A stretch of DNA of 36,013 nt from Psammoneis japonica (Eukaryota). Made by a program: the position numbers and the translations under genes. The DNA is taken from contig QPGO01000083.1 in NCBI GenBank assembly GCA_008632985.1, forward strand, positions 62,001 to 98,013. Direction: 5' to 3'. This document shows positions 11,306-24,550 of this stretch, piece by piece. The notes beneath the pieces were generated by a model. The model searched no databases, had not been told where the DNA came from, and saw only the letters and a program-made list of their open reading frames with translations. Within the stretch, counting starts at the first letter, position 1, and the number at the start of each line of letters is the position of its first letter.

Positions 11306-11675
11306 ACCAAATGAGTAATGTGCTCATTCACATTTTTTAAAGCAGCATGCACAACACAGCAAATGGTGTGTGAAGGTGTCATCAATGTTTGTGTCAACGA
11401 ACAGTCGCATCCACCACAGGTGTTTGGGGGGGTGCTGCCAGCTGGAGTGCCACAGAGGGCTGTTGAGCGATGGTGTTTGCAAACGCACTGGAATGCTGCA
11501 TGAAAGGCCACATGGCAGGGCCCTGCTCTGTCACCAGCAACATGCCAGCGGCTGCCGATTGAGAAGAAAATGAGACACAACACACAAAACGCAAAGCAAA
11601 AAACGTTGACCGACACGGCACCCGCACTGTTGTTGCTGCATTCTGTGTCATTCGCTGACCTGCAACACATCCGAG

Positions 11676-12846
11676 ATGATCACCCAAGTCATTCATGCTG
11701 GCATTGTCACTTGCATTGTGTCTCAACCGGTGTCAAAGAGAACCAAAATCTCCATTTGTGTGACAGAGGATGATTTTGCTTCGCTCGGCAGTGAAGTCAT
11801 GAATCGATTTCCGTGGACAGGAAGCGACACGGTCTTCATTCGGCGATGGGTCTCCCATTTTGTCATTGAACCGGTGGCATGTTCCATCACTTGGAAACTG
11901 CTCAACATCAATCAGCAGGAGCCTGATGATCCGGATGACAAATGTGCTAAACCGGTCCATCTTCTTTGGGCATTGTTGCTGCTTAAGATGCATGGCAGCG
12001 AACACGAGCTCGCAGGGAAGTGGGGTGCTGATGAGAAAACATTCAGAAAATGGGCCTGGATTTTTGTGGAGAAGGTTTCATGCTTAGAGCTTGAGGTGGC
12101 AAGTGGCAACACCAGCATCAGAAAAGTGTTCAACCAAGATGCCAACACAAGAAACTCTCACAACTCAGTTGCTGCTTTTTTGTTGCTGGCTGACATCTGA
12201 CGTCAGATGCTGTGGGCCAATCATTTTGCCGGAGACCAAGGGAATGATTGTGTTGCCACAGTTGATTCTGCAGATTGCAAGACAACAAATCAAGGGAAAT
12301 CTCAGAAGTCATTTCATTTGTTCAAGTTCAAGAAGGCGGGACTGCGATGTGAGGTCTGTGCGAACATTCTAACTGGCGATTTTTGCATGGATTCATGGGC
12401 CTTTTCCTCCCGGAGAATGGCCAGATCTTGCCATCTTCTGACACAGTCTAAAGCACAATGTTGAGAAGAATGAGCAGCTTGAAGCAGATGATGGATGTGG
12501 TGCAGAGGACCCTGACTTTGTAAAGACTCCTGCTGGCATTCGACACATGGAGCCAAAGGCAGTTGCCAGGGCCAGATCCATTGCCAGGAACAAGGAAGAG
12601 ACAGCCAATGACCGTCTCAAGCTCTTTAAGTGTCTTTCCAAATGTTTTCACCACAACATTGAACTTCACAGCCAACGCTTCCGAGCCTGTGCCGTCGTGA
12701 CACAGTTGTCTTTCCAGCATGGCAAGGGCTTGTTCAGCACAGCAGACGAGTGCGGCGCCCTGCAGAAAGCTGCCGATTTGAAGGATGTTCCTCTTCCAAG
12801 CACACTTGAGGATGATTTGCAGCAGAACAATTGTTCTCTTTTGTAA
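11676..12846 (+). pseudogene. DDE_Tnp_4-like (IS5/ISL2EU/Harbinger-related) transposase, hypermutated
   Basis: Motifs HLLWALLLLK, DEKTFRKWAW, TVDSADC (VDGTD), FKFKKAGLRCEV (GLRYEV), GEWPDLAIF, EADDGCG (EADDGY) and EETANDRLK (HETVNxRxK). Intron 12099-12206 has donor GCAAGT. Contains a frameshift and a TGA. Confidence 0.85.
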
Positions 12847-14227
12847 ACTGGGCTGTTTCTGAAAACATGCGATCATGCCCGATGCCGTGCGAACCAAGCA
12901 CCTGCCTTGCCCGAACCTTTTGCTGTCTTGCTTTGTGTGTGTGCATGTGGCGTGCATTCAGTCTCTGTGCTGCAACATGACATGAGTGCAATCAATGAGG
13001 CAGGTTTTGATGCATTTTGTTGAATCGGCCATCATTTGGTGAAACCGCCGGCACCGGGGACAAAAGGTTGACCCGCATCATGGCCAGACGACCTCTGACT
13101 TTCCCGCAGCTTCACAGAGTGAAAACACAGTCACAATGACATCTGGCTCATGGCTCATGATCACTTCTGTGAGTTAGCCAGGGTGGGGCCGGTTGGTCAC
13201 ACACGTTTGGGTTCGATCCAACCATGCAACCAGCCACACCCTGCAGGAAAAGCTGTTGGGGGATTGGTGGCGCGCGAGCAGAAGCAACAAAGCAAAAACA
13301 TGGCATGGTCAAAATGTTGTGAAGCACACAACAACAAGCAATGAGAAGAAACCCAACTTGACCCAGGAAAAGCACATAAATGTTATCCAATGGCTTTGTC
13401 ATTATCTGGAAATACCCGCTCGTAGAGCCGTGAACGGTGTTCGCGTTGTTCGCTATGGTGTGTTGGGCGTTTTGGTTTTCGTGTTGTTTGCCGATAGTTC
13501 ATCTGTTTTCGTGATAGTAGATGTTTTACTGTATACAATCTTAATATATTTTGAGAAGCGCTTCGCGACGACTCTGTTCGGACCGTTAAATGGAAATTTT
13601 TTTATACAGATTCCAGACTTTTTTCGGGGTGTTCTCAGACTTTTGAATAGAAAATTTTTATGTTATGTAAAAGCTTCAGAGAACAACATAAATTAATCTT
13701 CCCTGTAGACCGCGTAGATTTTGCACGGACGAAAATCCACAATCCACCGCATGTCAACTCACTCAGTAGTAATTCTACGTATATTCTACTTACACCTCAC
13801 ACACGCACGCGCGCACACTGAATAACCTCTTATGTAGTATTTATTGATCATAAGTCATTCATAGTCATAAAGAAAACACGTTCGTTAAACAATTCTTCCT
13901 TAAATAGTTGCATTATTTAACGTGGAAAAGTATTTATAAGTCGCGTTTTGCTTTGTATGTTGCACCGTACTGTAGATAGTAGAGATTCTACTTGCAGTAG
14001 TAGTACTATACTCTACAGTAGCTAGTAGTAGCTAGCAGTAGACTAATCTCACAAAACACAGAAAAAGAGCAATCCAAAGCAAATACGAAAAGAAAGTTTT
14101 AGTCGAAATAAAGCGACGATAACACAGGCACAGGCTTGTCCCCATTTGCCACGCCTAACGTGCTTTTCTGTTGAAAAAAGAACGATCAAAATCACTGCTT
14201 TTGATGCAATTTGAAACCGGAATAATC

Positions 14228-16868
14228 ATGCGGCGTTCCTTTGGAGTCGTGTTCTTCTTGACCGCTCTGGTGTGTTCCAGCTTGCGGGACTTGATTGGCG
14301 TTCACCATACGAGCTTCTTGTGTCTTGCCGAGGAGGAACGAAAAGAATTACATTCCGAGCGCAGGCCTGCTGGGTTGTTGAGAACCAGATCCAACCGTTT
14401 AGAAGATCTTCAACCTCTGGCGAAGAGGAACTTGGCAGTAGCAAGGGAAAAGAAGATTGAGAGGTGCTTTACCTGGTGTACCAAGAACAAACCGAGTGGT
14501 GAAAAGAGAAGTAACTGTGAAAACAGATGCCAAAATAAGTTCGATGTAAACGTTGATGAATCAGGAAGCGTTGATGAATCAGGAAGCGTTGATGAATCAG
14601 GATCCGATCCGTTCATCGTAGAGCGTCGACCGTTCAGTGCATCAGACGCCAAGGGATACGAGAGCTGCAATGCTCTAAGAACTGATATCATAAATGCTTT
14701 GAAATCGCTAGCGAATTCCATAATCTTTGATGGAAGGTATGATCGCTGCAATTACGGAAGATTAACCAGACGTCCAAGATTTTTCAGAAGTCAAGGTCCA
14801 GCCTCAGCCGAGGTAGAATCCACTACAAAAAGCAATGCAGAACCAGAGGATAGTTTTGAAGCGAACAACCAAGAAGCAGGTGTGGATGAGGGAGACATTG
14901 TCAAGTCCAACAGTGAAGTTGTTTGTGCTGCATATGGTGACATCCTATATCAGTGGGATGCTAAAACAGGAAAGGTGCTGACTCGTACTACCATGACCAC
15001 CATCCCTACTAGGCGTGAGCCGAGGGTAGTCTACCCGCCATACACTTCCAAGCCTCAGATCAAGGCGCTACTTCTTCACGAAAATCGATTGGTAGTGATT
15101 GTCGGTTGGTACCAGAGCTATTACCGCTACGGTTTCATAGACCCAAGGATTCTAGGAGGACGAGAGAAGCTGCAGCTGCGTGTTTATGACATGTCTGAAA
15201 CAAAACCAAACGTTGTTGACAAGACCGGTGTTCCGGAGATGAAATTGCTCGCACACCAAGACTTGCAAGGGCGATACATTGCCTCCCGGTCCATCTCGGC
15301 AATTGGACACATAGTTACAATGTCCAACTTGAACTGGTTTCAACATTACTCTCAGCATCTTCAAAGATGTGCAGAAGATTATCAAGGAATGGACACAGAG
15401 ACGTACCGAAGAGCTGCAAAGGCAAAAGCGAATGCCCTCATCCCCACCGTCATCAAACGACTTGCAGAAGAGTTAGGTTTCGGTGGAAACTGCCGCAACT
15501 TTGCAAAAATATCGTCTTTGACGACCGGTAGCACTACAGAGGACAAGGTACCCGGCTTTTACCACAACATTGATATACTGACAACTCTGACCAAACTCAC
15601 AAGCTTCGATATAGATGAACACTTTGATGACAACAGAATCACTCTTTCGTCGATGAATGCTTTTCTCCCGACGAGCTCGGTGGATGTGTACGTATCACAA
15701 AATGTCCTCGTCGTGGCTGGACGAGGCTGGAGGCAGTGGTTCAACGACTGGCGCAACTGGAAAGAACGCACTTACCTATTTGTATTTGAATTGCAAGACG
15801 ATGGAAGTGCTGCGAAGGGAGTGGGTGGTGCGGAGGTTGCCGGATATGTTCTGAATCAGTTCTCCATGGATTTCTATGACGGTTATCTGCGGGTGGCTAC
15901 CACGAACAGTGCTCAATGGAGCTGTCTCCCACCAACCACTCGTACCGAAACAACTCTCCCCTGCCGGTGGATGACCATCAGCGACTCTTCAAGTCAAATA
16001 TCCATTCTTGACTTCAACAAGCCATCAGGAGATTCAAAGAACTTTGGCAAACGCGTTGGGTTTGCGGAGGGTCTTGGAAAGGGAGAACGGATATATGCCG
16101 TCAGGTTCTTCGACGACAAGGCATTTGTCGTGACTTTTCGCCAGGTTGATCCACTATACGCAGTAGATTTGAAAGATCCTACCAACCCTGAAGTCAAGGG
16201 CGAGTTGAAGATAACGGGTTTCTCCAACTATCTGCACCCCGTCGACGACAACATGCTCATCGGAATTGGACAGGATGCGGATGCAGCCACGGGTCGCACC
16301 AACGGTGAGCAATTATTCCTGGATCCATCAAACCTTCAAGGTTAAAAGAGATCCAAGCGACTAGTAAATTTTCTGATTCGAAACTGAAATTATTTTGGTT
16401 CATTTTACAGGTTTTCTAGTGAGCTTGTTCAATGTTTCTGATCTGACTGCTCCGAGTTTGGTGCAACGATACAAAGTGGATGCTCCTTATTCGTACAGTG
16501 ATGCACAGAGGAACCATCTTGCCTTTCGCTACCTACAGAGGTCAAAGATTCTTATTGTCCCTCTTCAAATCTACCTCTATGGACATCGATACAACTATGA
16601 CGGCTTTAGCTTGTACCGCGTCGACGTCGATGGCATCGAGCCTCTTTTCAACATATCGCACGTTGAACCTAGCCGCATCATTAGCTGGCGGACATACTGC
16701 TGGTACAACGCACGCATCCCCGCAAGGAGTTTGGTTCACAAGGGGCAACTGACGACAATGAAGAGTCACACTGTTCAAATCCATGACCTTGCCACTCAAA
16801 AACATGTAGCAAGTATCAACTTGGATGACGGATTACCTATCAAGGACTGTTATGGCTATTGGGGATAG
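14228..16868 (+). CDS. Secreted beta-propeller domain protein (PF09826 Beta_propel/COG4880-like), copy A; exons 14228-16304 and 16411-16868
   Basis: Signal peptide. Motifs NNQEAGVDEGDIVKS, LNQFSMDFYDGYLRVATT and GERIYAVRF...VVTFRQVDPL...GELKITGFSNYLHP. Removing the 106-bp intron GTGAGC...TTACAG restores colinearity with copy B. Confidence 0.92.
14551..14604 (+). repeat. 18-bp in-frame repeat x3 (VDESGS)
   Basis: CGTTGATGAATCAGGAAG repeated three times (the third ends GATC). Copy B has a single ADESGS. Confidence 0.9.
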
Positions 16869-17244
16869 CTGGTTCTTCATGAATCTATAAGGAAGCGAAG
16901 ACGAGGGTGCATATGATTTACATGTGATGGAAGCAATACACAAATGCATGGTTTATTGGAGGATTTGTTTCGTGTTGATTTTGTATCAAGGAGCGAAGGC
17001 TTTCACATATTTCCAAGTCACAGAAAAATGCGGTAATAGCAAGCGAAGGGAAAAGCCAACACAAAGAAAGAAACGCATTGGTAGTAGAATAGCACATGAG
17101 CAAACCAAGGATATTTTAGAGAAGAAATTGCACAGGACTAAAAATGAATACTAGAGGTTGCAACTGGCTTGATGGGATCCTCCACGACACTCTCTAGAGT
17201 AGAGAGTGGAGGTGTGCATCATGCTTTGATCTTCTGCAGGCTGT

Positions 17245-17900
17245 GCTCGAGGCTTCTCGGCTCCAACCGCACGTAGCTTTCTCGCGCTTGACATGTTGTG
17301 AATCGCGCGTCATCAAACGGCAATGTTTGGCGTCTGCAAGAAGGGTGAATTCTGTGCCCAGCCATTGGCAAAAATGATGGAGTCTTCTGTGGGCTGCGAA
17401 CATGCAAGCTGAGCTCCGAAAATGTCACTGCCTTGCCCCACTCAATGAAACAATAAAAATGCCCAAGTTTCCTCCTGATGCACTCAGCACTCACCATGGA
17501 AAAGGCCAGGATGCAAAATCCAGCTGTTTTGATTGGCTGTTGACTGTGTGTGGTCCACAAGGCACCACACGTTGTCACATCCAGTGGATGTTGCCTCTTC
17601 TTCTTCTTTGCCACCGACAATTTCTGTTGCATGGACAGTGCAGCCACGAGAAAGCAATCACATGCACAACCAATGTTGTGCTTTTGCGGTTCTCTCTTGC
17701 TCACTGCATCCAAACAAATGTCTTGCATGGTCTCTTGTTGTGAAAGCTGTTTTCTGCACCAGCAACCAAGTTGTGGAGCACTTCATCTTTTGCATTAAAG
17801 CCAGTTTTCAGCATCATGAGCAGTGCCACCCCAACAACATCTTTGGTCAAGCTCCCACAAAGCCCAGCTTCATGGGCAACTTCAGCATGCTGCTCTGGTT
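17245..17900 (-). pseudogene. Decayed unknown ORF, paralogous to 33075-34100
   Basis: Shares TCAAACGGCAATGTTTGGCGTCT, CTGCCTTGCCCCACT and CAATAAAAATGCCC with 33140-33345. Peptide GHFYCFIEWGKA...RRQTLPFDDA. Confidence 0.45.
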
Positions 17901-18327
17901 GAACTTGAGTGAGGACATGCTGCTCCCAACATCAGCAGCAAACAACTCTTGAATGGAGCTTCTGACCATGCACTCACGCACCTGTCCAACCCTGCAGAAA
18001 CTTGGCTGTCAAGAGTGAACAGTCTCTAGAAAGTTTGCAAGTGGTGGGCCAATGTCAATGGCACAACTCTCACCGGAGCTTTGTTTGATTCCAAGCATTT
18101 GCGGCATCAAAGAAAATTGCAGCAGTGAACACAACAACTGCCTCAACCTCCTGACCAACAACAAAGACAGAGATGGCACACCTCATGCAAAGAGGAAGAT
18201 GACAGCCAATCTCCCTCTCACAGAAAAAAAACACTGGGCTGCCTCAATTGGCACTCAACATTGGACCCAGCAATGCAACAAACCCCTTTGACAGGGATTG
18301 CCCATGCCACAACAGGGTGGCGGGGCT

Positions 18328-18593
18328 TGACAGAAATTGAAAAAGAGTCAGATGGAAGGAAAACAACAGCCCTTGCTGCTGTCTAAACAGCAGATGTGTG
18401 CCTCCATGCAGAGGCCATTGCAGCGGCCAAGAGACATGTGTTGTGATGTTGGTGCTGCTGTTGTTGTTTTTGTGAGTCATGTGGCTTGTTGTGCAACAAT
18501 GCGTGGAGCCAGGAGCACAGATGTCTGTGTGTGACAAACCAATGTAGCACATGACAAATGCCACACAACTGAAACCCTGTTCAAATCCTGTCA
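18328..18593 (-). repeat. LTR of outer Copia
   Basis: Homologous to 20268-20513 and 24305-24550, with TG...CA ends. Confidence 0.85.
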
Positions 18594-20267
18594 CTCCTCA
18601 TTTTGCTTGAGGAAGCCACAGAAATGGATTCAAAGTTGGATTGGCTGAGAGCCTTGGGATCAAAGTTCCAAAACATGAGAGGATGGAGCAGGTTCCACAT
18701 TTGGGAACAACCTCAGTGTTTGCTGAGAATGTCAGCAGGGTGTTGTAAGAGCCTTCAATGAAATGAAATTTGAGGCAACCATCAGAGGCAATTGCCTCAT
18801 GAGTGTGGTGGCAGAACAAGAGGGTTGTGTGTCGTTTGTGCATCTTGGAGTGCAGGATGGTGGCACTGTCTGCAACTGACTTTTGGTCCCCAAACATGTG
18901 ACAAGTGCAGTGGATCACAATGATGGGGCAATGCAGCATGCAGCACAGTGCTGGCAATCTGCTCCATGCAAGGCCTTGCAGCAGCAAATTTGGACCTGCA
19001 AATTGCAGTTTTGATGACAACATGCTGCCATCAAGATCATGGGAAAAGTTGCAGCCAATGCAATGCTTGATTGGTCCGGTGCTCTTGAGTTTCAACTTGT
19101 GCTTCTCAGCAAGAGCATCAATGACGGCTTGAGAACCCTTCATGGCAAAGGCCAAGTCATCCACATGCACAGCCATGCATTCACAGCAATCTCCATTCCT
19201 GCTGCATGTCCAGATGTTGGGCTCACCATGGCACTGGAAGAAGAAGCCTCTTTGCACTCAAACAATTGGCAAAGTGTTTGTGCCACCTGAGGCCAGAGCT
19301 GTGGAGGCCATGCAGAGCCTTGTGGATGACAACAATGTGACCTTCCAATTTCCCAAATTGAGAACCCACAACAATGCACCGCTTCTCCTTGGTCATGGCT
19401 TTGAGGTGCACATTGCCAATGTCAGCAGCCCAGGTCTCCAACTTGTTGAGTTTGGCCCAAAAAATTGTCAATCCAAGGCTGCAGAGGAACACTGCTCCAG
19501 AGCAGACACTGTCAACTGGGACACATTGGTGAGGTGGCTGTCAGCAGTTGGTCATGCTTTGTGCAGGCTGTCATGTTTCACATCATGCACAAGGTGCACC
19601 TTGATCTTCTTGTGACCTGCAGGAGCACTTAAATCCTTGCAGTGTTCACAGCAATGGAAGATGGTGTGCTCATCAAGATGGGTCATCTCAAGGTCTGTTT
19701 TGTCTCCCCATTTGCAGTTGCCACTGTGTTTGTCAAGGGCCATGGTGTGCTTGCAGTGTGCCCACACTTGCAGCATGACACAGTGCAGAAGGAGCAGAGC
19801 TTGGCCTGGTTAGCCATGCAAAATGGCTTCTTCTGTCATCTTGCAATGGCACAAAAATGTCCCCATCTTTTGGCATCAAGAAGGCCATTCTCACGTGTGT
19901 GAATGGCACAAGTGATGGGGTTGTCCTTGGCAATGATGGCAAGGGGTTTGAATGTGATTTCCTCCTCTCTCGAATGGAGCATGATGTTGTGGCTCAAGCC
20001 TTTCCAAGAGGGGTCATGAGGTCTCAGCAGTTCTTTGTGTGTGGCATGATGTGGCACAACTTCCAGATGGTGGTGATGTCATCATCTTCTTGCTCAATGT
20101 GAAGAACAACATGGTTGCAGGGGCCAGGACTTGCTCACATTCATCATTGTTGATCATGGAGCAAACAAACTTGGTGAGTTCCAGGTTGTCACCAATTTCC
20201 CAACTGTGGTTCTCAATGTTTTTGACAATGTGGCTCTGCAGTGCTGTCCACCACCCTCCTGTGGCTG

Positions 20268-23200
20268 TGGCAGAAATTGAAGATGACTGGGTGGAAGAAA
20301 ACAACAACTCCTTGCTGCTGTCTAAACAGCAGATGAGTCTCCATGCAGAGACCATCACAGGAGCCAAAAGACTGGTGTCGTTGACATCGGTGCTGCTGTC
20401 ATTGTTCTTGTGAGCTGAGTGGCTCAAAAGCAAACTGCATCACGTGACACACATGGAACTAAGAGCACACACAATTGTGTGTGACAAACTAAAATCTTGT
20501 TCAAATCCTGTCACTCCCCAGTTTGCTTGAGGGGTCAACAGCAACAGATTCAAGGTCAGATTGGTTGAAAGCCTCGGGATCGAAGTTCCAAAACATCAGA
20601 GGACAAAAGAGGCTCCAGACTTGAGAGCAACCCCAGTGCTTGTTGAGAATGTCAGCTGGGTTGCGGGAGCCTTCGATGAAATGAAACTCGGGGAAACCGG
20701 AGGCAATTGCCTCACGCACATGATGGAACAAGAGGGTGGTGTGTTGCTTGTGTAACATGGAGTGCGGGATGGCAGCACTGTCCACAACCAACTTGTTGTC
20801 CCCAAACATGTGACATGTTTCACAAATGGGGATGCCAAGGCAACGCAAAGTGATGTGAAGATTGTCAATGGGTGCCTCTGTGAGGTGTCCATCAGCAACA
20901 AGAGTTGCGTCTTGTGCCATCCGTCATGTTTGACGTTGCAGATGAGATGCACCCTGATCTTCTTGTGTCCTGAGTCCTTGCAGTGTCCACAGTTGTAGAG
21001 AACCTTGCACTCACCCAGCTGAGTCATCTCAAGGTCTGTTGCGTCTCCCCTTTTGTGGTTGCCATTGCGCTGATCAAGGGCCAAGGCATGCTTGCAGTCC
21101 CGGGGCACTTCACACCCGTGCTTGCATCGTGGCACAGCACAAAAGGAGTGCAACTTGGCTTGCTGATTGGCCATGCAGAATGGCTTCTTCTGGTGCAGAG
21201 CTGCAGCCCGGAAGCATTTCCAGCCATTGGTCTTGAGCAAACCGTGTTCGCGTGCATGAATGGCACAGGTGACGGGATCGTCCTTGGCAATGATGGCAAG
21301 GGGTTCAGACGTGATCTCCCCATTCTCCCATTCAAGCATGACGTTGTAGCTTGAGCCTTTCCAAGAGGGATCATGAGGTTGCAATGGTCCTTCATGCAAT
21401 GCGATGTGTTGGAACTTCCAGAGGGTGGTGTCCTCATCTTCTTGCTTGATGTGGTGCATGATGTCATTGCAGGCTGGGACTTCCTCTCATTCATCATTGT
21501 TGACAGAGCAAATGAACTTGACTGGTTTGGGGTTGTCTTCAATTTTCCAGTCATGGTCCTCAACAACGGCTTTGATGGTGCAAGCTCTGTGGCTTTGTTG
21601 GTCCTCTTGCGGCTTCATGAGGAAGGTGCGTCCAATGATGTCCTCGGGGTCAAAGACCGGCATTTTGGGCATCCTGATTGCATCCCCATCTGGTGAATCC
21701 AGTGAATCCGCGGAGTCATGTTGGGAGTTGATGATGGGTTCAGCTGATTTCTTGTCAGGAGGGTCAAGATGCAGGTTTGGGGTGGACGGATCACGGGCAG
21801 AACATACGTTGGAGCAACAGAGAATCTTCTGGGTGTCATCAGAGAGGATCTTGAATGTCATCTGATGACCGACATGTTCAGCAATGCCAACAAAGTGACC
21901 ACGCAACTCGCAGGATTTGGACAGCCAGTCAGAATTGTCGAGGTGGCAACACGCAGGTTCCCACCATTCAAAGCGCAGGAGCGAGCTGATGTTGGGCAAG
22001 AGAAGATGCTGTAGATTGCCAGGCGGCAGAGGCTTGCACTCTGTGACATTTGCCAGGATGAGGTTGTTGTCCCTTTTGTTGTGTGCATCAGTGGGTGGTG
22101 CAGTGGTTGAGGCAAGATCATGAGTGTTGGCATGCAAATTGACATCGCCATCACTTCCAAGATGGAGGTTGTGGAGGCTGACAGCTTCCAACTTGTGGCA
22201 GTTGCCGGAACAAGGGGTGCGCAATCCAAGGATGGCGGCCTTGGTGGACTGCGGCAGGCTGTCCCAAATGCACTGGTGGTCTGGCAAAATGCGGCACCAC
22301 TGTTCCTGGGTGAGAGAAGAACTGTGGGTTTGAGCAGCACAAGCCTGAATGATGTCAATGTCACTGTCAATGTTGAAGAACACATCATCATCAGGGTTGT
22401 CCGGAGCCAGGTCATGTGCGCAGATGGCACAGCATGGGGCGCGTGGAGCCTTCTTGGGAATGAACGTGCTGTCACACTTTGCCACTGCTGAAAGTGGGAG
22501 CCCACAGCACTGTTTGTGTGAGAGGCCTCTGCCATTCTGCGTGCAAAACTGATCAGCTTGGTTCTTTGTTGAACGAAGTTCTTCCACAGGATGAATGGTG
22601 TTCTCAAGCATGATGTGTTTCTGGCCAGCAGAGAAGTGGTCTGCACTTGGAATGAGAGCTTCAAACTTGCAAAGCTGGTCCTGCCAGTGAAGTGTGAAGG
22701 CACAGGTGGATCCTTTCCAGGTGCCATCACCAAGGCGAGCAGTGGCAAGATGTGTGAGAAGAGTCGAGGACTCCATGGATGTGCAAGCAGATGCAAGGGC
22801 GCACTTGGACTCATGACACACTGCTTGAGCATCAGAGGAGCCAACATGTTCACAAACAAGTGCCTTGCCTTTGTCATTCTGCAAGATGCATTCAAATGCG
22901 GCGAACATGTGCTTCTGTTGTTCATTGAACAGGGCCTTGTCCTCAGCTGCAGAGGGCTTGTACGTTGGGTCGAGAATGCAGTCGATGTCCTGGGAGCGGG
23001 CCTGTGCGATGACAGAGGTGTGCCACGTGTGCCACTGTTTGTCGGACTTGAGAGTCGTGAAGGTGAGGGGTCATGTTTGATGCCTCATTTAAAGTCACGC
23101 ATGGGGTCACATGGTTTTGGGGGCATTGAGCCAGGAGTGGGAGCAGATGGTGCTGCACCCATGGAGAGGGATGCTGCGTGCTTGGGACTGAGATGACAGT

Positions 23201-24550
23201 CAGTGAACTCCTCATGTGTGAACAAGTTGGGGTTGTTGCCAACATCAGCACCACCGCACGCTTTTGCCATGTGCAGACTAGTCAATGCAGCCATCTGTGC
23301 TTTGCATCCATGTGGCAAGGGCATTTGGTTTGTGCCGTTGTTGCAAACCAGGGCATCCAGTTGTGTCGGAGTAAAAGTGAAGAGATTCTGGTGCAAGTCA
23401 GTGCTGTCAATGTTGAGGGTGGAGCGCAATGGACTGTCTGTGGCTTGATTCAGAACAGTGCCTAAAATTTGTTGCTGCCTGGCGAGAATCATGGTGCAAC
23501 CGTGTGGGTGTCAGGACTGACCAGAGTCGGAGGGTGAGCTTGAAATGACTTGAAACTTGACTTGAAGTCTTGGACCATCTCATGAGTCAGAAGCCACCAG
23601 GCTGTGATGTCCCATTCACAGTCAAATGCCAAGCTTCCTGTCCGGTCCGCAGAGTTGTGCCGGCAAGTCCGAACCTGCAGCTGGCGATGCTTTGGGTTGC
23701 CTGAGAGCAGAGCAATGGGTTAAAAACCCCTGCTGACAAGCCAGTCAGAGGTGGACAAGACCTCCAAACCGTTCTCATTTTACATTGGTTGGATGACCTG
23801 ATCAGGCTGGCCAAATTTGGCACTGTGGAGGGATGAACAAATGTGGGAAATGTGCACCCTCGCCCCAACGCAGGCTGTGATCACGAACTGCTTCCTCCCA
23901 CAGTTGTCCTCATGGACCTTGTAGAACTGCAGAAGACCAGCAATCCGGTGCAGATACGAGGCAGTGGACTTGGCGTGCGTGGAGCAGGGCCAGAGTCAGA
24001 CGATTGTGCAGTGTGCACGTGAACGCATTGGTCTGTCTGCCAATCAGGGTAGAATCCACTGCAGGGAATCCAGAATCTCAGATGTCTGAGAGTTTGGGAA
24101 TTCCTGACCAAACAAATGTCGTCCGTTGAACAAAAGTGTCCAACGACGGCAGGCATTGGATGAATCCAAACGTGTGGGTTCAATCCAATGTCCAGCAGTG
24201 AAGAAGGCAGGTGTGTGCTTCCACCACCAATGTTGCACGTCGTCGAAATTTTCCGATGACGATGATGAATGCTCAATGGATGAAAATGAGCGAGACTGTT
24301 GATCTGACAGAAATTGAAGATGACTGGGTGGAAGAAAACAATGACTCTTTGCTGCCATCTAAATGGCAGGTGAGTCTCTGTGCAGAGACCGTTGCAGCAG
24401 CTGAAAGACTGGTGTCATTGATGTTGGTGCTGCTGTTGTCATTCTTGTGAGCCAAGTGGCTTGAAAGCAAACCACATCACGCAACGCATGCGGAAATGAG
24501 AGCACACACAATCATGTGTGACAAACTGAAATCTTGTTCAAATCCTGTCA
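20268..24550 (-). mobile_element. Nested, internally deleted CoDi-type Ty1/Copia element
   Basis: 246-bp LTRs at 20268-20513 and 24305-24550. TSD GGCTG at 20263-20267 and 24551-24555. PPT AAACTGGGGAG. Gag DFK*GIKHD...DKGKALV; pol FEWWEP, FVGIAEHVGH, LEWENGEITSEPL, VKHDGWHK, FGDNKLVV, HHVREAIA. Protease, integrase core and most of RT are not seen. Confidence 0.92.

Larger units (their letters stand above)
9019..12965. mobile_element. Decayed two-ORF DDE DNA transposon (ISL2EU/PIF-Harbinger-related)
   Basis: Divergent transposase and accessory ORF remnants around a central foldback. Candidate short TIR GAGACTAAA (9019) / TTCAGTCTC (12957-12965). Ends are tentative and there is no clean TSD. 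Confidence 0.65.

Noticed and set aside
14171..16345. 724-aa ORF and the separate 157-aa ORF (16395-16868) as two genes
   Set aside because: They are exons of one gene. The start is the ATG at 14228 by comparison with copy B, and the tail EQLFLDPSNLQG is intron read-through.
18598..23492. Alternative genetic code or functional His/Cys-substituted retroelement proteins
   Set aside because: Frameshifts, stops and deletions show dead copies, and neighbouring genes use Tyr normally.
18328..24550. Three ~250-bp direct repeats as an array or CRISPR-like locus
   Set aside because: They are LTRs with TG...CA ends, PPTs and a TSD; no repeat-spacer structure exists in the window.
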